From a virus: a stretch of DNA of 40,475 bases. A program made the translations under genes and the position numbers. The stretch is taken from UHGV virus genome UHGV-0204446; one strand, written 5' to 3'. Under the pieces are notes generated by a model that saw only the letters and a list, made by a program, of their open reading frames with translations, was not told where the DNA came from and made no database searches. This document shows positions 34,879 through 40,475 of this stretch, piece by piece; the stretch's first letter is position 1; each line of letters opens with the position of its first letter.

Positions 34879-35486
34879 ATGGGACACTCCTCCGTTTCCG
34901 TCTTCTCCGGCTCCTGCTGGACATCCACCACCGTTTCCGGCGCGTGCTGCTTCTGCCATTGGGTGCTGTCCTTCACCCGGTTCTGCGCCCATTCCGGCAG
35001 CTTGTCAAAGGCTTCCTGGCTCCACGGCTCCATGTCGAACCGGATCAGCTCACTCACCGGTTTCCCGGCGCTCATACCCTTGGGCAAACCCATGATGGTG
35101 TCGATGTTGGCGTATTCCCCGGTGTCGTTCAGCACCACACCCAGCATGGCTTCCTTTCCCACCATGTCATTTGTATCGAAGTCTCCGAACTCCTCGTTGC
35201 TGAATTTCTTCCCCTGCCAGCTCTCCACGAATTTGCGAAGGCCGCTTTTCTCGCTCTTGCTGAAGGTGAATTTCCGGCTCAGAAGCCGTGGCTCCTGCTT
35301 GCCGTCCACCTCGATGAACTCACCCACCAGTTCAAATGTAAACATCATCATGTTGACATAATTGGACTTATCCTTGAATTTGTGCAGCTGCTCCCCGATG
35401 TCAATGCTCGCCACGCAGATGGCGGAGTAAGTACCGGGGGCTACAGGTGGGATGGTAGGCTTTGCCTTGTCTTTAATCTTAGCCAT
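34875..35486 (-). CDS. SSB-like / NGO0469-like replication protein
   Basis: PGTYSAIC...IDIGEQ; SEKSGLRKF..SW.G; YANI..I..LPKGM; acidic C-terminal tail ending EECPI. Confidence 0.65.
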   Translation of the reverse strand: MAKIKDKAKPTIPPVAPGTYSAICVASIDIGEQLHKFKDKSNYVNMMMFTFELVGEFIEVDGKQEPRLLSRKFTFSKSEKSGLRKFVESWQGKKFSNEEFGDFDTNDMVGKEAMLGVVLNDTGEYANIDTIMGLPKGMSAGKPVSELIRFDMEPWSQEAFDKLPEWAQNRVKDSTQWQKQHAPETVVDVQQEPEKTETEECPI

Positions 35487-37413
35487 GATTGATTCTCAGC
35501 TCCTTGTCGTTTTCGCTGACTACCAGGCGGATGACCTGGCAGCCGGTTTTTTCCAGTTTTGTTACGCTTTCCGCGTTGTCGATGAACAGGGGGACGCTCA
35601 CGCCATAGGCGGCGCTCAGGGTGTCGATGATGTCAATGCCCACGTTGATTTTCATGCCGTTGTTCAGCCCGGTGTAGGGCACACCGTCATAGGTAACGTC
35701 GCACCGCTCCTCCACGCCGCCGTTGGCCTGTTCCCGGAATAGCCGGAAGTTTGCCAGCTTGAAGTGGTGGTTGATGCCGTCTTCCAGCGCCCCGGCCTTG
35801 AACCGGCTGAACTCGTCCGCCAGGTACAGCAGCTTTTCAACCTCGCTCAACGCCGCTGCTGCATCCCTGGCGTTTTCACGCAGCTCCTGAATACGCCCTT
35901 GTGCATATTCCAGGGCGCTCTTTTTGCCCAGGATAGCAGTCTGCTTTTCAATTTCCCAGTCAATTTCCCGCTGCCGTGTCCGCAGCCCAGCGGTGGTGCT
36001 GTCTGCCTGTTTTTCAAGAGCTTCCAGCTCCGCTTCCTTCTGGGTAATCTTTTCCTTTGCCGCCGCTCTCTGCTCCTGGTAGCCGTCGATGTCCTTAACC
36101 GTTGCTGCCTGGGATTGTGCCGCCGCAATCCGGTCTTCCAGTGCCGCAATCTGTTTCTCGTAACCCTGGATGTCCGCCACCAGTTCTTTTTCTTCCTGCT
36201 GGTATTGTGCCAGGTTTTCCTTTTGCCGCTTGCTGTCCGCCACCAGACCGTCCATGGCCGCCTTCTGCCGGTCTGCCCAGGCGCTCACCGCCGCGTTCAC
36301 CGCGCTTTCCGGGAGCCGCTGGCCGCAAGTGGGACAAGTCTCCGTTCCCTCGTACCGTTCGGCGCGCTTCTTCTTCCATTGTTCCCGGGATGCTTCAATG
36401 GCCTTTTCGCACCGGCTCTTTTCCAGCCCCAGCCGTTCCAGCTGCCGCTTGGCAGAGGCAAGATACCCTTCATTCTGCCGCAGTTCCCGTTCCAGTGCCG
36501 CCACATTTGGCTTTTGTGCCTCCTGCTCCATTCGGTAACGCCGGTTTTCCCCTTCCAGGCTGTCCAGCGCCATCTGGCTCTCACGCACTTCCAGCCGCTT
36601 TGACTGCACCGCCGTGTTCTGCCGGATGGCCAGCAGCTCTGCCATAATGGCATTTTTCCGACCGGTCAACACCTCCAGCTGTTCTGCCGCCCCCTCAAAG
36701 TCCAGCCCTTCCAGGTCTGCGATGGTCTTCTCGCACTCAGAAATCCGGGCGGGGAGTTCGTTCCGGTCAGCCATCAGTCCCTTTTTCTTCTGGGTCAGCA
36801 CTTTCCGCAGGTCGCCCAGCTCCATCCGCCCCAGGGCATCCAGCAGCGGGCAGAACTTCGCGCTTTTTTCCATAATCTCCCGGTCGCTCTCCGCCCCAAA
36901 CAGGCTGAAAAGGGTCTCCCGCCGCTTCGCCCAGGGCATTACCTCCGGGAAATAATTGACCGTGGTCAGCAGCCGGAAGGTGTCCTCGTCCACCAGTTCC
37001 GCCACCGCCGCCTTGTAGGCGTTCTGCTTGCATGGCACGCCGTCCACATAGTAATCGCTGGTGTTGCCGTCATAGCTGGCTTCGCTTGACCCACGCTTGG
37101 TGCTCCAGATTTCCCGGTACGTCCGCTTCAAACTCCGCTCCTCGCCGTCCGCCAGCAGCACCGCTTCCACCTCCGTCACGGCCTCATGGTCGGCCACCTC
37201 GCCGTTTTCGTTCAGGGGCTTAATGTCGATGTTCTTTTCTCCGTTCCCGGCGCTGTCCTTGCCGAACAGCAGCCAGCAGAAAGCATCATAGATGCTGGTC
37301 TTGCCCGTGGCGTTGTCACCGTAGATGCTGGTGTCCTCCCCGCCGAAGTCTACCGTCAGGTTTTTGTGACACTTGAAATTCTCCAGGTGGAGCCGAATCA
37401 ATTTAATTTCCAT
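35479..37413 (-). CDS. SMC/Rad50-like ATPase with zinc hook
   Basis: LENFK; Walker A GDNATGKT; long coiled coil with CPTCG; LNNG signature; LFIDNAES Walker B. Confidence 0.9.
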   Translation of the reverse strand: MEIKLIRLHLENFKCHKNLTVDFGGEDTSIYGDNATGKTSIYDAFCWLLFGKDSAGNGEKNIDIKPLNENGEVADHEAVTEVEAVLLADGEERSLKRTYREIWSTKRGSSEASYDGNTSDYYVDGVPCKQNAYKAAVAELVDEDTFRLLTTVNYFPEVMPWAKRRETLFSLFGAESDREIMEKSAKFCPLLDALGRMELGDLRKVLTQKKKGLMADRNELPARISECEKTIADLEGLDFEGAAEQLEVLTGRKNAIMAELLAIRQNTAVQSKRLEVRESQMALDSLEGENRRYRMEQEAQKPNVAALERELRQNEGYLASAKRQLERLGLEKSRCEKAIEASREQWKKKRAERYEGTETCPTCGQRLPESAVNAAVSAWADRQKAAMDGLVADSKRQKENLAQYQQEEKELVADIQGYEKQIAALEDRIAAAQSQAATVKDIDGYQEQRAAAKEKITQKEAELEALEKQADSTTAGLRTRQREIDWEIEKQTAILGKKSALEYAQGRIQELRENARDAAAALSEVEKLLYLADEFSRFKAGALEDGINHHFKLANFRLFREQANGGVEERCDVTYDGVPYTGLNNGMKINVGIDIIDTLSAAYGVSVPLFIDNAESVTKLEKTGCQVIRLVVSENDKELRINHG

Positions 37414-37414
37414 C

Positions 37415-37503
37415 TTGATTTTTCCCTTTCCGCCATGTTATAATGGCTTCGTAAATCTTTTCCTTGCCGCTTTCCGGTCTAGCCCACCGGAGGCGGCTTT
37501 TTT
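37415..37503 (+). ncRNA. Putative ~55-nt antisense small RNA (promoter plus terminator)
   Basis: TTGATT-18-TATAAT with TGn (37415-37444); hairpin GCCGC.TTCCGGT...ACCGGA.GCGGC followed by T6 (37466-37503); no ORF between them. Confidence 0.5.
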
Positions 37504-37505
37504 AA

Positions 37506-37883
37506 TCACTTTGCATCATCCAAAATAGGCTCGTCTCGCTTGATTGCGATTCCACCCTTGTACGGATAGCATCGAAACGCCGCTCCTACCGGAACTATTC
37601 CGGCAAGGTTGCCTACGGAAAGATTTGCCGTATTGCCGCAGTTTTTTGTGAATGTGTTGTGCGATTCGCTATTGGATGGCAGGAATACGATAAAACGACT
37701 GTTCATTTTAACCTGGATTCGTTCTGCATCCGCCATCATCTGCGCAGCGAGTTTATTAAAATACGCAACCAGAGTGTAGCTTGGCCGGTAAAAGTATACT
37801 GCGGGGAAATCAAATCTCAGTTTTTTACCAGGAATGACTTCTTCAAACGCTTCTTCCTCGCTTATGAAAATATCCATTGACAT
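37506..37883 (-). CDS. Hypothetical protein
   Basis: 125-aa ORF with GGAAAGGG RBS; somewhat more AT-rich than its neighbours. Confidence 0.7.
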   Translation of the reverse strand: MSMDIFISEEEAFEEVIPGKKLRFDFPAVYFYRPSYTLVAYFNKLAAQMMADAERIQVKMNSRFIVFLPSNSESHNTFTKNCGNTANLSVGNLAGIVPVGAAFRCYPYKGGIAIKRDEPILDDAK

Positions 37884-37908
37884 TTTCCCTTTCCGTCATG
37901 TTATTTTT

Positions 37909-38211
37909 TTATGCAATTGCCGCCGCCGTGAACACCGTCAGGCTCAACGCCAGCAAAAAAAGCCAGTTGTCGGTGAACGCTCTTGCCAGCAGAAACGCCA
38001 CCGCCGCAGCGCTGAACGCTCGCCCTGCCGGAATCACCCGGCTCACATATTCCCGCTTTTCTAGCTCTGTCATGCGTTCCTCCACAACCAACGGCTGCCG
38101 GTGGTGAACCATGCGGATTGCTTCATCCGCGTCCCGGTCAAACCGCCGCTCCTCCTGCCGCTTCGCTAGCCGCGCTTTCATGGCAGCGATTTCAGCGGGT
38201 GTCGCGTTCAT
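37909..38211 (-). CDS. Hypothetical protein with two C-terminal TM segments
   Basis: ATG at 38211 after AAAGGAGG. Confidence 0.65.
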   Translation of the reverse strand: MNATPAEIAAMKARLAKRQEERRFDRDADEAIRMVHHRQPLVVEERMTELEKREYVSRVIPAGRAFSAAAVAFLLARAFTDNWLFLLALSLTVFTAAAIA

Positions 38212-38626
38212 GGCTGCCTCCTTTGGCAAAAAGCCGCTCCATTGCAACCCTTGCGCCTTCCGCATGGCTGTATTGGTCTTTTGGGCTGCACCGGGCTGTC
38301 GCGGTTTTCACAACGGTTCCGCCGCGAATCATCCTTGCCGTTGTTATGTTCCCGTTAAATCGGATGACCACTCTCAGGCCGCTTTCTTTCTTCGGCTTCG
38401 GCTTGACAAGCTCGGAAATCCAGGATTCAAGGAAACACCAATAACACCCATCGGTGGGAATCGAATATGCTTCTTCAAATGTGTAGCGTGCGCCGGTGCT
38501 GCCATCAACAGCACTCCGAACCGTCAGCGTTTTGCCGAGGTACTGTTTCATGTCGGCCATAAAGCCGAGGTGGTTCGGCTTTTGACTTACAATCCGCACC
38601 TTATCTCCCACTTTGTACTTTGCCAT
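38192..38626 (-). CDS. Hypothetical early protein (SH3/KOW-like start KYKVGDKVRI)
   Basis: 144 aa; GGGAGG RBS; ARCSPKD......GA.VA..R phage motif. Confidence 0.7.
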   Translation of the reverse strand: MAKYKVGDKVRIVSQKPNHLGFMADMKQYLGKTLTVRSAVDGSTGARYTFEEAYSIPTDGCYWCFLESWISELVKPKPKKESGLRVVIRFNGNITTARMIRGGTVVKTATARCSPKDQYSHAEGARVAMERLFAKGGSHERDTR

Positions 38627-38629
38627 TGT

Positions 38630-38806
38630 TTATTCCTCCCTTTGTTTTTTCGTTCTGCTGGGCAGCTTCCGCAGCCCGCCGCTCAGCCGGTGGACGATAA
38701 CGAACTCCTCGGGAGTGTCCTTCACCACCAGCCAGTTTGCGTCATTCAGCCGGTAATACCGGATGTGCATCCGCTGTGCCACCGTTGGCTTCTTTCCGTT
38801 CTTCAT
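38630..38806 (-). CDS. Small conserved phage protein (DUF6906-like)
   Basis: MKNGKKPT..Q...L...NWLVVKDT. Confidence 0.7.
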   Translation of the reverse strand: MKNGKKPTVAQRMHIRYYRLNDANWLVVKDTPEEFVIVHRLSGGLRKLPSRTKKQREE

Positions 38807-39015
38807 CCTTCGTCCCCCAGGTAATCTTCCGCCCACTTTTCAAAGTCCCGGCGGAGAATCAAAAAGGTGCGCCGCCCGGCCTTCCCGGTGCTGATCACCT
38901 TCCCGAAGGGGAATGTGCCGTCCGCAATCCCATCAGAAAGGGTTCCCTGCCCAATGGACATTCCCCGCTGCCGCATCTCCTGCAAAACGTCATTAACGGT
39001 CATTCTCGGTTTCAT
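38803..39015 (-). CDS. Excisionase-like winged HTH protein
   Basis: MTVNDV...G.SI...L..GI..G.FPFG......RR.F.I.R..FE.W; GGAGGAGG RBS. Confidence 0.65.
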   Translation of the reverse strand: MKPRMTVNDVLQEMRQRGMSIGQGTLSDGIADGTFPFGKVISTGKAGRRTFLILRRDFEKWAEDYLGDEG

Positions 39016-39166
39016 GGTTTTCCTCCTCCTTGTAAATTTCGCTCCCAACACTGATTCCCGAGGCAAAAGCCTCCATCACCTTGCTTGCCAACTCACGCTT
39101 GTCAACGGGAATATTCTTCATGCAAGCCGCAGCTTCCGCTGCCAGCGCCTTAATCTTCTCCGGCAT
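38993..39166 (-). CDS. 57-aa early protein (not in ORF track)
   Basis: MPEKIKALAAEAAACMKNIPVDKRELASKVMEAFASGISVGSEIYKEEENHETENDR; AAGGAGGTGA RBS. Confidence 0.7.
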   Translation of the reverse strand: MPEKIKALAAEAAACMKNIPVDKRELASKVMEAFASGISVGSEIYKEEENHETENDR

Positions 39167-39240
39167 GGTTTTTCACCTCCTTGTTGATTTTTCCGCCCCA
39201 ATCTGATATTCTGAAAAGAAAACCAGAAAGGATTTTTCTT

Positions 39241-39564
39241 ATGGATGATTTGAAGTTCTCCGTCCTCTCCCGCATCCAGGAAGCCCCCACGCCCCGTGCG
39301 GAGCTCCTGGCAGATGAAAGCACCATCAATAGCACCAGCAAGGCCGTCAAGGAGCTGCTTGGTGCCGGATTCATCCGCCAGCCCACCGGAACCGATTCCT
39401 ACGAGATTACGAACCCCGGCATTGCCGCCCTGGAAGCGGAGGAATCCCGCCGCAGAACGGAACGCATAAATAAGATAAACAACCGCATCGCCGTCGCAAC
39501 CCTCGCCGTCACCGTCATCTCCTTGCTGCTGCAATTGCTATCGCTAGTGCTGCCAGGAAACTAA
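39241..39564 (+). CDS. Winged-helix-like protein with C-terminal TM helix
   Basis: VKELLGAGFI......YEITNPG wing motif; IAVATLAVTVISLLLQLLSLV; GAAAGGA RBS. Confidence 0.7.
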   Translation: MDDLKFSVLSRIQEAPTPRAELLADESTINSTSKAVKELLGAGFIRQPTGTDSYEITNPGIAALEAEESRRRTERINKINNRIAVATLAVTVISLLLQLLSLVLPGN

Positions 39565-39805
39565 CCACCAGCGTAACAATGCTGAGCGTTTGCGTAACCA
39601 GTGCTGTCCGGCTTGCTTTCGTCCGCCGCAGGTGCTCCAGCTCCGCCTCGTGGCGTGCAATTGCATTCGCCAGCAGCTCCGTAACGTCGCTTTTCCCCTC
39701 CGCTGCCTCCTGCATCTTCACCAGCAGCTCCGGCGTGATCCAGATTTTCTCCAGCGCCCGTTTCCACTTCAGGTACTTCCGCAAATCCCGGTTCATCTCC
39801 TTCAC
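39515..39805 (-). CDS. First gene of the lytic early operon, with C-terminal TM helix
   Basis: Strong RBS (the start may be the ATG at 39796); hydrophobic tail LSIVTLVVSFLAALAIAIAA. Confidence 0.65.
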   Translation of the reverse strand: MKEMNRDLRKYLKWKRALEKIWITPELLVKMQEAAEGKSDVTELLANAIARHEAELEHLRRTKASRTALVTQTLSIVTLVVSFLAALAIAIAAARR

Positions 39806-39829
39806 CTCCTTCTCTTAAACTGTGTCATA

Positions 39830-39929
39830 ATAATACATCAACTCAGTCCTAATGTCAAGCGATAATTTAAATATTTTTTAGACTGAGTTGAAAATTAAAC
39901 TTGATTTCAAGCATAGCATATGCTATACT
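39830..39929. promoter_or_regulatory. Lysis-lysogeny switch: divergent promoters and operators
   Basis: Minus strand TTGACA (39858-39853)-17-TATTAT; plus strand TTGATT (39901)-17-TATACT with TGn; inverted 10-mers CAACTCAGTC (39839-39848) and GACTGAGTTG (39881-39890); 14-bp palindrome ATAGCATATGCTAT (39913-39926). Confidence 0.75.
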
Positions 39930-39960
39930 TTAGACACGTTAGTTGAAAGGAGGTGTAACT

Positions 39961-40341
39961 GTGGAAACTATCGCGAGTAGAATCATTGAAGTCTGCAATG
40001 ATTGTGTCGGTGGAAATATGAGTGCGTTTGCTCGAGAAATCGGTGTCACACCGGCGTATATTTCAAAATTAAAAAACGAACCAGACAGAGTACCCAGCAA
40101 CCGCACAATAAAAGAAATCTGCCACGTTTTCAAGGTAGATGAGGTATGGCTTCGCACCGGCATCGGAAGCCCGAATATCAAGAAGTCCCGCAAGGAGGAG
40201 CTGAATGCTATTTTCAGCGATGCCCTGGAAGGCGTTTCCGACAAGGATAAGTTTCTCCGCGCCGTGGCATCCGTCCCAGATTCCGCCTTCCCCGCGCTGG
40301 TAGAGTTTATCCGAACACTGTCCGCCGAATTGGGAGAATAA
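39961..40341 (+). CDS. CI-like XRE-family repressor without peptidase domain
   Basis: GTG after AAAGGAGGT; NMSAFAREIGVTPAYISKLK...PSNRTIKEIC..F.VDE.WLRTG.G; divergent from the early operon. Confidence 0.9.
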   Translation: METIASRIIEVCNDCVGGNMSAFAREIGVTPAYISKLKNEPDRVPSNRTIKEICHVFKVDEVWLRTGIGSPNIKKSRKEELNAIFSDALEGVSDKDKFLRAVASVPDSAFPALVEFIRTLSAELGE

Positions 40342-40377
40342 AAAAAGCCCCGCTGCCCAAAAAGCAGCGGGGTTTTG
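40340..40377. terminator. Bidirectional terminator after the repressor
   Basis: AAAAAAGCCCCGCTGC-ccaaaaa-GCAGCGGGGTTTT. Confidence 0.8.
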
Positions 40378-40404
40378 TAAAAAATCTTAAAGTTCAGCGC
40401 TCCC

Positions 40405-40475
40405 GCAATCAGGGAGCGTCCTTTTTATTTCTTTATCTAGTCTGCCTGGAAGCGCTTGACGGCGGCAATGGTCCC
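40405..40475. repeat. 71-bp repeat copy at the right end
   Basis: 69/71 identical to 1-71. Confidence 0.9.

Noticed and set aside
40405..40475. attL/attR or true terminal repeat of the virion DNA
   Set aside because: The likely att site is beside int at ~2.1-2.4 kb. The end copies differ at 2 positions and a third partial copy follows, which fits an assembly break in a tandem repeat.

Overview
The window looks like an essentially complete ~40.5 kb temperate phage genome in excised or circular form, with a probable intact attP next to the integrase. The assembly appears to have opened inside a 71-bp imperfect tandem repeat. The host is inferred to be a Firmicutes (Bacillota) anaerobe, probably Clostridia, from the Prp protease with LQLFA motifs, GGAGG ribosome-binding sites and gene families. 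Most genes are on the minus strand. From the CI-like repressor/switch (~39.8-40.3 kb) leftwards the order is: early and replication genes (SMC/Rad50-like ATPase, SSB-like protein, MBL nuclease, initiator with iterons); a G8-frameshifted cytosine methyltransferase-like gene plus a Mom-like gene; a plus-strand moron; terminase; portal; Prp protease; scaffold; N4-gp56-type capsid; podovirus-like tail and ejection genes with no tape measure; a 3370-aa polyvalent protein; tail accessory genes; lysis genes; an uncharacterised 7-gene module; attP; and a tyrosine integrase. The best leads are: (1) an AT-rich ~1.05 kb cassette carrying a tail-protein C-terminus plus a chaperone, bounded by 17-bp quasi-palindromic direct repeats; (2) a module of regulator, protease, membrane-anchored Cys-rich coiled coil and C1q/BclA-like protein between lysis and attP; (3) a GGGTTTAG-N20/21-TAnnnT motif before three late operons; (4) R[FY]S-delimited ~180-aa effector modules in the giant protein; (5) a possibly phase-variable methyltransferase. 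All family assignments come from motif recognition by eye. No database searches were run.
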